Part shown: in pieces, positions 12,236 through 24,420 of the stretch
Layout of the letters: each line of letters begins with the position of its first letter
How positions within the stretch are numbered: the stretch's first letter is position 1
Assembly: GCF_018977255.1 (NCBI RefSeq)
Contig: NW_024704742.1
Span: 135,844,001-135,908,000 of the forward strand
Direction: 5' to 3'
DNA from: Callorhinchus milii
Lineage: Eukaryota
Length of the DNA stretch: 64,000 nucleotides
Notes under the pieces: generated by a model
What the model was told of the DNA's origin: nothing
Databases searched by the model: none
Seen by the model: the letters and a program-made list of their open reading frames with translations, nothing else
Position numbers and translations under genes: made by a program

Positions 12236-13899
12236 TTTTATTCTTATCACCCTTTGCGGTTTTCACCTCAATATGGGTAGTGACTGCGGTTAACCAGGCA
12301 AACGGCCTCAAATGAAATGTGAACGGTAACTTTTTTAAAAAATTGCATCCTATTATCGATTGAGCATGATTGATTAAACACAAGAGATGCTCAGAAGGAG
12401 TGTTCTGCTCCGGTAGAGAAGCATTACACAGACTGACACATACAGAGTGAGCAAAGCACTTTATCCACTGATTCATTCAGATACAAATCAGATGGATTTC
12501 TTGGAAGGAACTTGGGAACATGACTTGGAAGGAACAGGCAACTTTGGATCTAAGCTTCCCAAAGCTTCGTCTGTGTTGTAGACTAATCCATACAGAATTA
12601 ATCACTAACAACATCTCCATTATTGTAGCATGTGACTAACAACAACAATAAATCATATTTGTACAGTGCCTTTCACGTCAGGAGGACGTCCCAAGGCGCT
12701 GGACGGTCAGGGAATTGGACCCAACTTGGGGGTTGGGATCAGAGGGGGTGGGCAGGAGGGTAGGGGTAGGAGGTTGACTGAAGGCGCGGTCAAAGAGGAA
12801 GGTCTTGAGAGACCGGCCTTGAAGGAGGCAAGGGAGGGAGCGAGGCGATGGGACTGTGGGATGGAGATCGAAAGAGTGGGGGCTATCAGGATTATTTTTT
12901 TTAAACCAGTAGGGGAAAGCGAGCGCTGAGTGGGGAGGGGGGGGGTGGGGGCGGGGGCGGGGTGGGAGAGACAAGGGAGGATGAAAGACTCCTGTGTGAT
13001 AAACATTGCAATTCTCCGAGTCTGAGTTTTGTTAGCGAGAGCCAGAGAAGGGCGGGCGGAGGGAGAGAGAGTGAGGGAGTGAGAGAGAGGGGGAAAGGGA
13101 TGGGGCGAGCCAGTCATATGGAGCGCTGGCACCAGTCCAGCTTGCTTTGCTCTCGATGAGTCTGTGCTACGCTTGCAGTTGTAGCACAGATGGTGTATTC
13201 TGTGGATCTGGCGATTGGCACACTTGACTGGCTGCCACAGGAATGTATAATACCCATTGAGCTGGGCTCCTTCCATATTCATTGCCAATAATACAGCACA
13301 CCTGTGGCTCCGAGCTGCCTATGCGCACTCGGAATATAGACAAGATTGTTGCCTTTCCCCCTCACTGTTTTGTGCCAAACAGTAAAGCTATTTTATAGAG
13401 AAATAATTATTTTTACACAGAGGGTTGTTACGGTCTGGAATGCACTGCCTGAAAGGGCAGTGGCAGCAGACTCGCTAATAAATTTCGAAAGGGAATTGGA
13501 AATTTACTTAAAAAGGAAAAACTTTCAGGGATATGGGGTATGAGCAGGGGAGCACGACTAGTTAGCTCTTTCATATAGCCAAGTGGCCTCCTTCTGTGCT
13601 GAAAAATTCTCTGATTCTATAATATAGAGATCCATACATAAACTCTACAGTGAAATCTATTAATTATGATGTAGATTTATAAATAATGTGTTTGTCATAT
13701 GGATCGGTATATAATTTCTGTATAATCTGTATCATATACACCTATACAAATTTAATGTTAATAATCCTTCCGTTTGATATAGCAACTTATTACATCGTTA
13801 AGACATCTCAAAGTGCCTCGCAGAATATATTGTAAAGTGAATTGACTGTGTATTTTGTGGGCGAATTTTATATATGTATAATATAAATCATGTAATAGA

Positions 13900-14047
13900 T
13901 AATTATTTGGGGGAGGACAAGTTTGCAGGGCTATGGGGAGAGACCGGGGGAGTGGGATTGATTTGGATAGCTCTCTTCAAAGAGCCGGCACAGACATGAT
14001 GGGCCGAATGGCCTCTTTCTGTGCTGTATAATTCTATGATTCTATGA
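13900..14047 (+). mobile_element. CR1 3' end
   Basis: gggccgaatggcctc hairpin and attctatgattctatga tail. Similar fragments at ~13405-13620, 42870-43260, 47150-47440 and 63942-64000. Confidence 0.85.
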
Positions 14048-15049
14048 TAGAATATATGATTAATTTGCACGTAATTTAACCTATACATAAAATACATAGT
14101 AAACCTTGCTTTGACAGCAGCACTTTTCATGCCAGGAGGGCATCTTAAAGTGCTTCACAGGATTCACTGTAAAAAGCAGTGACCATGAGTTTGTAGGTGG
14201 ACGTGGCAGCCAATTTGCGCAAAGCGACGTCCCACAAACCTAGTTGTTAGTCAATAGGTGGATCGCTTTCAAGACGTACTAATCCCTCAACGAAAAATTA
14301 CTCACTGAATCCACGACTGTTTGTGGGACACTGTTGTATGCAATTGGCTGTCGCGTTTCGCCCACAAAACATACAGTATACATTATTCTTTGAAGTGCTT
14401 TGAGATGCCTCAACAACTTGATAAGGCGCTGTATCAAATGCGACGATTATTATGATTATTATTCTGCAATGTTCTGGAGCATCAGCCTAGACTGCTGGTT
14501 AAACGTGCCGATGTGCGGGGGGATTTGAACCCACATCCTTTTAATTCAGAGGCGAGAGATTCTACCGACTGAGCCAGGCTGACACGTGAGAGAAAAGGTA
14601 AGTCATAAGCGGGTCTCAGCCAACCGTCTGGCAAAGGTAAAGCACAAGAGAGCGTCAGGAATCGATCGCAGCCAAGCTATTGACATAGGGATTAATTTAA
14701 TGCCCTGTTTCCAGTTAACACACCGGCGCTAATAATGCCTCTCTTTGATGGTGTATTCTAGGACCCGGACACACCACTGGAGCCACCAAGGCATCTTTTG
14801 GAGCAGTGCCATAGGTTCTATCATCAACATGTATTGACGTAACCTCTCCTGGTGATTAATTCCCTTTCAAAGAGAGCAGTAGATGACAGCGTCAGTGGGG
14901 AATCAGAGGCAACCGCTTGCCATCGATTTACTCTACACAAAGGTGACTGCCTCATCCTCTTTGCTGACCTGCTGTATTTCATAACAGGAGTTCCGTAGCT
15001 CAGTGTTTAGAGCACTCGCCTCGCAAGCGAGAGGACCCGGGTTTGATTC

Positions 15050-17600
15050 AGACCCAGAGGATCGAAGGTAACGGGTACTGTTTTGAGGAGAGAGGAGGTC
15101 AGAGAGCTCGGGGGGTGCAGAGGAGTGCAGGGACTTGAATACAAGGGTGAGGATCTTGAAATCGATCCTCTCTGGGACAGGCAGCCAGTGCAGTCTGGCA
15201 AGGACTGGGGTAATCGGGTTGTGGAGTCCTGTAGCTCAGTGGTTAGAGCACTCACTTTGCAAGCGAGAGACCTGGGTTCAATTCCAGGCAGAGGGCGAAA
15301 CCTTGGGCAAGTTTCCTTACTCCACACACCTAATAATAATCCCTCCAAAAAAACAAAATAATAATAAATTGGTCATTTTTAATCCACGACTGTTTGTGGG
15401 ACACTGCTGTGCACAATTGGCTGCCGCGTTCGCCCACAAATATACAGTCATTTCACTTTACAGTATATTCTGTGAAGCGTTTTGGAACATCTAGAAGACG
15501 TGAAAAGCGCTATATCAAATGCAAGGATTATTATTATTATTAACGTAATTTGATGCGGGTAAGAATGCGGATGGGAGAGTTTTGGATGATTTGGATTTTA
15601 TGGATGGTAGTGGATGGGAGACTGGTGAGGAGGGCGTTAGAGTAGTCCAGCCAAGAGGTGACAAAGGCATGGACTAGGGTTTCAGCGGCTTTTGGGGAGA
15701 GGTATTTGCAGAGAAGGGTGACGCGTCAGAAGTGGAAGAAAGCAGTGCTGGTAAGGGACCAGATGTGGGGGAGGAAGGACAATTTGGGATCGAACCTGAC
15801 TCCAAGGTTGCATAAGGGTTCGGAGAGTTTTAGGGGGAAGTCGGGAAGGTGGAGGAGGTGAGAGCCGTGGGATTTGAGACGTGACCAAGAGCAAAAGAGT
15901 ATGGCTTCTATCTTGTTCAATTGAAGGAAATTTGCACTCATCCAGCCCCTGAGGTCTGAAAGAACATCAGGGGACTGGGGCTCTCGCAAAGAGAGGTGGA
16001 AAAACAGAGTTGGGTGTCGTCCGCATACATGTGGAAATGTACCCCATGTACCTCAAGGATGACATCCCCAAGAGGGAGCATGTAGATCAGAAAGAGGAGG
16101 GGGCCAAGGATGTCACGCCGCATGTGACCGGGTGAGAGTGGGAGGAGAAGCCATTTGTGCAGATGTACTGCTGGCGGTTTGTGAGGTAATAATAATAATA
16201 ATAATCCTTGCATTTGACAGGACTCAAACCAGGCGAGTGCAGTCCCACTGAGGTGGATGACAGAGGAAAGGCAGTGGAGGAGGATGGCGTGGTCGACTGT
16301 GTCGAATGCCGCAGAGATGTCCAGGAGGACAAGGAGGCAGAGGGAGCCCTGGTCACAGATAGAGAGGATGTCGTCTGTGACTTTCACAAGCGCAGTCTCT
16401 GTACTGTGGGTAGGACAGAAACCGGACTGGAGGGGTTCGAAGCGGGAGTGGGAGGAGAGGTGTGTGCGAAGTTGATTGGCAACAATGCATTCTAAGACTT
16501 TAGCGAGGCGCTAGATGATGGTTGAGGGCTTGGTGGAGGAGAAAGGGATGTGAGAGGAGAAGGAGATGAGGAAGTGGTCCGAGATGGCCTTGTCCATAAT
16601 GCTGAGGTCGGAAATGTCAAGGCCGTGGGTGATAACGAGGTCAAGGGCATGACCACAGTTGTGGGTCGGTGAATTTATATGAAGGGTGAGGAGGGCAGTG
16701 ATATCGGCAGAAGTAGTGCAAAGGGAGCTTAGATGGAGGTTGAAATCGCCCATTATGAGCAGGTGCTCGGAGCAGAGGGACAGGGAAGAGAAGAGAGTAG
16801 AGATGTCTGTGTGGAAGCAGCCGGGGGGCTTAGGGGGCAGTAGACAAGGAGAATTTTCAATGGGAGAGAGGGGTGGAAGAGGGTGAGGTGCTCAAAGGAG
16901 GGGAAACAGCCAGAGGAGTAGGGGGTAAGACCAAGGGAGGCTTTGGAGATGAAGGCCACCCCGCCACCACGTTGGTTTGGACGGGGGGGTGTGGTGGAAG
17001 GTGTAACCTGGAGGGGAGGCTTCCACTAGGGGGACGGGGTCATTGGGGGAGAGCCAGGTTTCAGTCAGCCCAAGAATGTCAAGGTGCTCGTCCAGGATAA
17101 GGTTGTGGATGCTGAGAGCTTTATTTGTGAGGGAATGGACATTTTGGCGGGAAATGCGGATGGGTTTGCTGGAAGGAGGGAAGGGAGGAGAGGGAGGGAG
17201 TGTGATGCGGAGAGGATTTTGGGTGTCCGGGAGAGATGGTTGTGGAGAGTGGTGTGAGTGGAGAGTTGGGAAGGGTACGTATGAGAGAGGGGGAAGTTGG
17301 ATTTTGCCTTAAGGAGGTGGTTTGAGCGGAGGGAGTGAGTGATGGAACACGTGGGGTTGCTGCTCTGGGACAGCCAGTGCCGGGAGCCACGATGGGCCTG
17401 ACGGAGGATGCCCAGGCTGGAGCAGAGGGAAGTGGTGATGGGGTCCAGGAGAGAGAGAAGGCGGGGAGGGCGGTGGGAGAGAAGGACAGAGGGGGAGTAG
17501 CGGATAGAGTGGAGTGGGAGAAGAGACATAGAAGGGGGTAAGAGGAGAGACATAGAGGGGGAGGGTCAGGGCGAGACCGGGAACGAGCGATCAGCAGGGA
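15050..17600 (-). mobile_element. L2-clade LINE retaining its 5' end, APE endonuclease and part of RT; internally deleted, with nested SINE insertions
   Basis: N-terminal LGILRQAHRGSR; APE motifs LTETWL, MGDFNLH, HALDLVIT, SDHFLISF; RT motifs LLDISAAFDTVDH, GPLLFLIYMLPL, HMYADDTQL. Confidence 0.92.
15219..15541 (+). mobile_element. SINE family A, short subfamily, nested in L2
   Basis: Head and tail intact; lacks the gcctctgtttacc...gatcgctttcc block. Confidence 0.9.
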
Positions 17601-19130
17601 GCGCCTCGGTTTACCCAGCAGTGAGTAGGAACCCGGTTGACAGTCAACTAGCGGATTGCTTTCTGGGGGTAATAATCCCTCCAAAAAAAAATCAGGACAA
17701 TTACCAGGACAATCCCCTTCATTTTACAACATGGGATTTTGAAGCCGGTTTCTTTTAAGTTTCTTACAGGAAACCCACAGGTTGTCCCGCAGTTTGCGAA
17801 CAGAAACCTTCTCCCAAATTAAATTTGAATTGAAAATGTTTCCATCACTAACGATAACAACTCTTGCATTCGATATAATGCTTTATCACCTTATTGAGCC
17901 GTCTCAATGCGCTTCACATAATATACTGTAAAGTGGATTGACTGTGTATTTTATGGGCGAACAGCGGCCAATCGCACACAGTGTCCCACACTGTCCCACA
18001 AACAGTGTGGATTGAGTGACCACATTTTTTTTTGAAGGGGTTATTACCCCCAGAAAGTGATCCGTCAATCCACTAACAACCAGGTTGCTAATTACTGCTG
18101 GGATTTGGGCGCTCTCTCTCTCCCTGGAGGGACACATCCTGCTTACCTAATTCTGGAAAATATTAGGTGAAGGTAGGCAAGAGCCAAGGCTTGGGGACCC
18201 CAAAGTATGTGTTTGGGGGTAACTGTTGGAGTCTAACCAGCTTAGAGACCCAGTTGATGAGTTGGTGAGGAGTGTCAAGGATGGAGGTGACAAGAGCACG
18301 GAGTAGTGCTTTGGCAGTGTTTGCTGTGAGACAGGATATGGGGAGAGGGAGCGCGAGAGAGAGGATTATTAACCGGCCAAAGATCCAATAACTATTCATT
18401 CAGAGGAGAAGTGGCGCTTGCAAGAGTCTGTTAATTTAGTCCGGGGCAGTGAAGTGAGTCAGAACTCATTACCTTCTGAAAATACTGAAGACATTGCGCC
18501 ATAAAGATCTGAATTCACAGAATAGGTCTGCTTGTAAGTTATAAATCTGACATTAAATTACCTGGGGTTAGTGTAGCAGCCAGATCAGTAGGACGTAGCT
18601 GGCTAGACTGAGAGCTGGCCAGGACTATTGACAGCTGATCCCCATTCAGATTTATTATCATATTTTATATTCCAGACAGAGAGAGAGAGACCCAGAGCCA
18701 GCTTCACATTCAGGGCTTGGAGACTGAAGGTGCACGGAGCGTGTGTGTGAATATCATGCTGCATTCTCCCACCTGCTTAGTCCCCAGCCCACTACCTGCT
18801 GCCTCCACTCGACTGGCTCTGGCCTCCTGCTTGTCGCTCGTGCCCTCCGTTGCAAGATAGGTGGCCACACTTTCAGCCATTACGCCCTGAAACTCTGGAA
18901 CACTCTTCCTCTATCCCTCCGGTTTTCCCATTCCTTCCCCAGCTTCAGGTCGCGCCTGAAGACATCCCGTTACCCTGCATGAGGGGCTCTGCAAGTTGGT
19001 GGTGTTGGTGTTGCTCCTGAGCCTTGCCACAACAGGCTGATGCTCTCTATCTGTCTGTGTGTCTCTCTGATACTGTCTGTCTGTCTGCTTGGCTGACTCT
19101 GCATGTTTCAATCTGTCTGCATGTCTTATG

Positions 19131-19560
19131 TGTCAGCCTTGCGCAGTGGGTAGCGCTCTCGCCTCTTGAGTCAGAAAGTTGTGGATTCAAGCCCCACGTC
19201 GGAACTTGGGATCACATAGTCTAAGCTGACACTCCAGTGCAGTGCCGGGGGCTGTTGCATTGTCGGAGGTGCCCTCTTTTGGATGAGACGATAAGTTCCC
19301 GTCTGCCTGTTCAGGTGGTTGCTAGACATCCCACGGCGCTATTCGAAAAGAGGAGGGAGTTTCTCTTTCCCGGTGTCCTGGCCAACAATCCCCCAAATAA
19401 AATGAATGCCTCACTGTTTATGGTACGTTCCTGTGCGCAAATGTGCTGCCACATTTCACCCACAAATACAGTTAGTCAATCCTCTTTACAGTAAAGTGCT
19501 GTGAGAAGTTGTGACGATGTGGTAAGGCGCTATATCAAAGTACAAGGATTATTATTATTA
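19131..19560 (+). mobile_element. tRNA-derived SINE, family B (SacSINE1/Deu-SINE-like), full length
   Basis: Head tgtcagcctt...cagtgggtagcgctctcgcctc...gagtcagaa; body gctgacactccagtgcag...ggaggtgcc...caggtgg; Deu-like block; same tail as family A. Confidence 0.85.
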
Positions 19561-20400
19561 TCCATTACAGCCTTGGCGAGCAGGGTTACAAGGAGCTGAG
19601 TGGGGAGATTCTCTGCTACTATTTTTAGGAAGTAAAACGGTAGATTGATAAAAAATTAATAACCTTTTCATTTGATACAGCTCCTTATCACGGCATTAAG
19701 CCATCTCAAAGCGCTTTGTGGGATTCACCGTGAAGTGTGGCAATGGTGCATTTTGTAGGCGGATAGTAATGGGAAAATTCCTTCTGATCTCTCTGACCCC
19801 CTCCCTCCCGATTTCTCTGCTGACAATCCTGAGACTGTAGCCACCACTCCCTCCACCATCATTCATTCTAGGTTGTGAGGAAGGTATCTGATAATAATAA
19901 TAATAATCCCTGCATATAGTACCTTATCATGTCGTCGAGATGTCTCAAAGCGCTTCACAGAATTGATTGTAAAGTAGATTGACTGTGTATTTTGTGATCT
20001 CAGGCTCTGTGCGTTATTTTGTTGGTGCTTCTCTTGCAGCTGTGGCCTTTCCAGAATAGAATGATGTCCTATTCGTTGTGTATCCTTAATCAGATAATTG
20101 TAGTGTTTCAGAGGTCACTGCACCCATTAAACCTCTCCCTCCGCATTTCACTCACGTCCCAGTTTATGGACATCGACTGAATAATAAAACACACTGAAAA
20201 GCCGCTTGACATCTTAATGCACTGAAATTGGTAGAACAGCCACTTCACTTCACAGTAGGTTCTTGTGAAGCAGTTGGGGACGTCCTTCTGATGTGAAAGG
20301 TGCTATCTTAATGTACATTCGTATTGCATTTGTGTATTGCAATGTAACCAGAGGACATGGGTTTAGAATTGCAAAGGGCAATTTTAGGACAGACACCAGG

Positions 20401-20760
20401 AATAATAATAATAATCCTTGCATTTGACGTAGCACCTTATCAGGACATTGAGACATCTCAAAGCACTTCACAGGATATACAGCAAAGTGAATTGGCTGTA
20501 TATTTTGTGGGCACATTGCAGGCTAATAGCGCACAGCAGTGTTCCACAAACCATTGTGGATTTAGTGACCGAATTATTACCATCTTTTTTTGAAGGGATT
20601 AGTACCCCTGGAAAGCGATCTGTGAATCGAATAATAACTGGGTTCCCACTTACTGCTTGGTAAACAGAAGCGTGCGGAGTAAGGAAACTTGTGTGAGGTT
20701 TCGCCCTGCCCGGGAATCGAACCCGGTCCTCTTGCTTGTGAAGCGAGAGTGCTGACCAAT
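20401..20760 (-). mobile_element. SINE family A
   Basis: aataataatccttgcatttg tail through gggaatcgaacccgg B box. Confidence 0.9.
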
Positions 20761-21264
20761 ACGTAGTTTAGCTACAAGTACACATAGTCCGCCCTTGGCA
20801 GCAAATCATTGTCTAACCCCAACCCAATCGTGAGAGCACCATCAGCTCAAGGACTGTAACATAAATAATAATCCTGACATTTGATATTCCACGTCAGGAG
20901 GATGCCTCAAAGTGCTTCACAGGATTTTACTGCAAAGAGCAGTGACTGTGTACTTTGCGGGAGAAAGAGTTACCAGGAAAGGTGCTTCACACAAGGACAC
21001 ATTTAAGAAACAGCTTGACTTTGTGATGGGAGGACAGTGTTAAGTGTTGAAAGTTCAATCACCAATTTACCCAGACAACTGAGGACCGGCAATAAATGGT
21101 GGTGAAAGGCGATAACAACAACTTGCATTTATATAACGCCCTTCACACGGGGTAGCAGCACAGAGCGCTTATCCAGATGTGATAGAAGATAGAGAGTTGG
21201 CCTGACGCACGGACAAATAAAACAGCAGGTCAAATAGGCTTTTTTTTGTTTTGTATCAAAACAT

Positions 21265-21270
21265 TTTATT
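21265..21270 (-). terminator. Candidate polyadenylation signal for DCC
   Basis: Plus-strand tttatt = AATAAA on minus, with U-rich sequence upstream and a U/GU-rich tract (ctgttttatttgtcc) about 40-55 nt downstream. Confidence 0.5.
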
Positions 21271-22220
21271 TATCAAACAAAAATGCACCATCGGAATAAC
21301 ATTTCTATAAAAAACGAACATCTGACTGTTCTACAGTGCATTACAAAACCCCCTTTTGTTCATTTCCTCTCATGTGTACGTTTTATAACCAGGTAGAAGG
21401 AAGCCCCTTCCCGGGGACACACTAGATACCGTGGTTTCTAAGCTAAATTTTGGTTAACATTGCCTATATTTCAACATGGGAGGGGATTGGGGGAGGAGGG
21501 AGGGGGAGAGGGAGTGGGTGGGAGGGGAATTAAGTCCGTGAGCTCCGCTAGAAAACCTTCCTGTTTAACACCCCCTCCCACCCAGAAAATAAATAGAAAC
21601 ACCTCCAGAGATGAATTGCCCACCCACCTCTGCGGTCTTCTTCTCTGTCTTCCCCCCCCCCAGCCCCCATCCCCAGCCCCCAGCCCCCATCAGGTACGTC
21701 CACACTCTCGTCATAAATTATCGCAATTAGCCTAATAAATAAAATATTAATTATTAAAAAAAGTACACTTCCCGCCCACCCGCCCACCATCCCCAAACCC
21801 CTCCCCCCAACACATCACCCCCATCACCGAGTGGGCAATCCAATCCGAAAGGAATTAATTGCCCGCATCCATTTTACACTAAAAGTGGCACTGTTCTTGC
21901 TATGTGGTTACGAGTCTTCAAAATATGCCCCGCCCCTCCCCAAAATGTACAGTACTGTATATAGTGATAGGTTCATGCCCGATTGAGATACATTTGTCAT
22001 TAACGTGTGCGGAGGGACAGTTGTCAGTGAGAGACACACAGCTCTGGTCTGCAATGGGGTAGTGAGCAAACCATAATGCGCTCCCAGAAAAGCGGTGTGA
22101 TAGGCTTTCACCTGGAAGGAGATTCCACAGATTGGGACACAGCAAAGTTGACCAGGACATCTTTCTTGGAACCTAACTGAAAACCACAAAGCGCTGACCT
22201 CAGTGCTATTTTTCAGGTGA

Positions 22221-22452
22221 TTTTTTTTTGGTCAGCCGGGTGTCTGACACTCGCGGAAACCCATCACCGTGCGTAAGAGTCTCCAAACCCAACTGAGAAT
22301 TCCATGCATCCCACTTACACATGGAAATCTCAGAGATAGATTATTGGAATGGAATGTGCTCTCGCTCCCTGGAGGGACACCTGCTGCTTAGCTAATTCCA
22401 GGATGTATTAGGTGCGGGTTGACAAGAGCCAAGGCTTGGGGAGACCCCAGTG
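22221..22452 (-). repeat. Unclassified structured interspersed repeat (copy with A9 tail)
   Basis: Reverse complement of the 1265-1486 family; includes the long hairpin missing from copy 1. Confidence 0.85.
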
Positions 22453-23379
22453 TGGGTGTGAGTGAACCACACTAACATGTGTTGCATCTCTTCTGAGCAG
22501 GATTGGGGGGAGTGGGGGGGGCACGTGGGAGAGGTCACCCCTTGCTTCCCTCCACCCCCCCATCCCGACTAGGGAATGGACATCAAGAAGTTCCAGTGAC
22601 AGGAGTCACCACTGTTAACTTTCCTGAATTCCTTTCTGTTGGGCAATAACTGCTGTAATTCCACCCATTATTGGAAGAAATGTTTTGAGAGTTGAGTTGC
22701 CTAATGAGCATTGGCTTCTACAGTGCTCTGAGCACTTTATCCAACATAATTGATTCTCAGGGTGAGTGTGTAGTGGAGGGACATAAATATAACATAGCCA
22801 CAAGCTAATCTCAAAGAAAGTTTAACAGGAACCTCTTCACACAGAGGGTGAGAATGTGGAACTCACTGCCGGAAGCTATGATTAAATCAAAGAGCATCAA
22901 AATATTTAAAGAAAGCTTAGTTGAGGGAGAGGGGAATAGGAGGGGGGAATAGGAGGGGTGGGGCCTTGGACTAGCTGGGCCAAATAGTCTGTTGCAGTGC
23001 TGTACAGTCAGTGTATCATTAGAAATGAAATTCGACAATGACCCTATAAAGAAATGAGTGGCCAAATTATTTGTGTATTCTGGTGAGGAGATGGGGGAGG
23101 GGAGCGGGTGGGTGGCTATAAGTCAGGACAGTTGGAGTTGAGGTTAGATCAGCCATGATCTAATAGAATGGCGGAACATGCTCGAGGGGCTGAATGGCCT
23201 ACTCCTGTTTCTATGTTGCTGTATATAAAATGGGGGGAAAAGACTCCACAAATTAGCGGCCAACGGTTGACAATCCTTGGAGCTGAATCACAAGCAAATA
23301 GATCGCAAAATTAATGAGTCAGAGAATTGGCTCTGGAAATAAATAATAAGCCTGTCCGTGGTTCACAATGTTATACAAC

Positions 23380-23720
23380 AATGACAACTTGCACTTATAT
23401 ATCACTCTCCACGCAGGATAGTGTCTCAGAGCGCTTAATGGTGGCCAAACCGACTACGAGCCGGGGGTGGGGGTAGGTGGCCGTAAGCACGGTTGAAGAG
23501 GAAGGTTTTCAGGCTGGTCTTAAAAAAGGGGAGAGAGGAGGCAAGGCGGAGGGATTGAAGGATAGCGTTCTAGAGATTTGGGGCATAGTGGCTGAAAGTG
23601 TGACCTCCGATAGTGGGGCTTAGGGTGAGAGGGACGAGCAGGAGGTTGGTGTCAGTTGAACGGAGGCGCCGAGTGGTGGATTGGGGAGTGAGGAGGTCCG
23701 AGAGGTAGAGAGGGACCAGA
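23380..23720 (-). mobile_element. L2 LINE 3' fragment, second tail type
   Basis: Tail caacttgcacttatat...cacgcaggatagtgtctcagagcgctt; the same type occurs near 5230, 31375, 41935 and 42130. Confidence 0.75.
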
Positions 23721-24074
23721 GAGTTATGTTGTTAAACCAGTCACGTTCCCCAACGCACAGCAAGCTTTGGAATTCCAGTGGAAAACTGAGCACAGTATTT
23801 TCAGAGAAGGTTTCGACGTGGACATTGATGCCGAGGAGGTATAGGTTTTGAGCTTTGGGTGTGAAGGATAATGATATTACTACACTGGAAACCGGATCCG
23901 GTGAACAGCAACAACAACAACCAATTATATTTACACTGCGCCTTTCACGTCGGGAGGATGTCCCAAGGATTTGGACCCGGACTGGATATTGGGATCAGGA
24001 GGGTGACCAAAGGCGTGGTCGAACAAGAGAGTCTCGAGAGGTGCAAGTAAATCCAAGATGAGAGCAAGGGAGGC

Positions 24075-24420
24075 GCACACAGGCAGAGAGATACATACAG
24101 GCAGAGAGAGAGAGAGAGACACACACACACGCAGGTAGAGAGTCACACACACAGGTAGAGAGGCACACACAACCAGGTAGAGAGACACATACACAGGCAG
24201 AGAGACACACACACACACAGATAGAGACACACACGCAGACAGGCAGAGAGAGAGAGACACACACACACATGCAATGCATAGATACTGACTTTGGCACACG
24301 GCCACAGAAGGTCTCACACACACATACACACAGCTAGAGAGAGGCACAGGTAACCAGAGAGAGAGATAAACACATGTAAAGATAGACAGAGACATACATG
24401 CAGAGAAAGACGCACACAGA
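24075..24420. repeat. Degenerate GA/CA minisatellite
   Basis: Recurrent aggYagagagacacacac units. Confidence 0.85.

Noticed and set aside
15223..15300. tRNA-like cloverleaf with A and B boxes (also 11855, 14988, 35171, 58260, 63755)
   Set aside because: These are SINE heads: they continue into the SINE body, have a variable anticodon loop (CGC/TGC/CAC) and an imperfect acceptor stem. Not tRNA genes.
1..21200. A second host gene downstream of DCC
   Set aside because: No ORF or spliced exon chain with recognisable non-transposon protein similarity. Small exons could have been missed.
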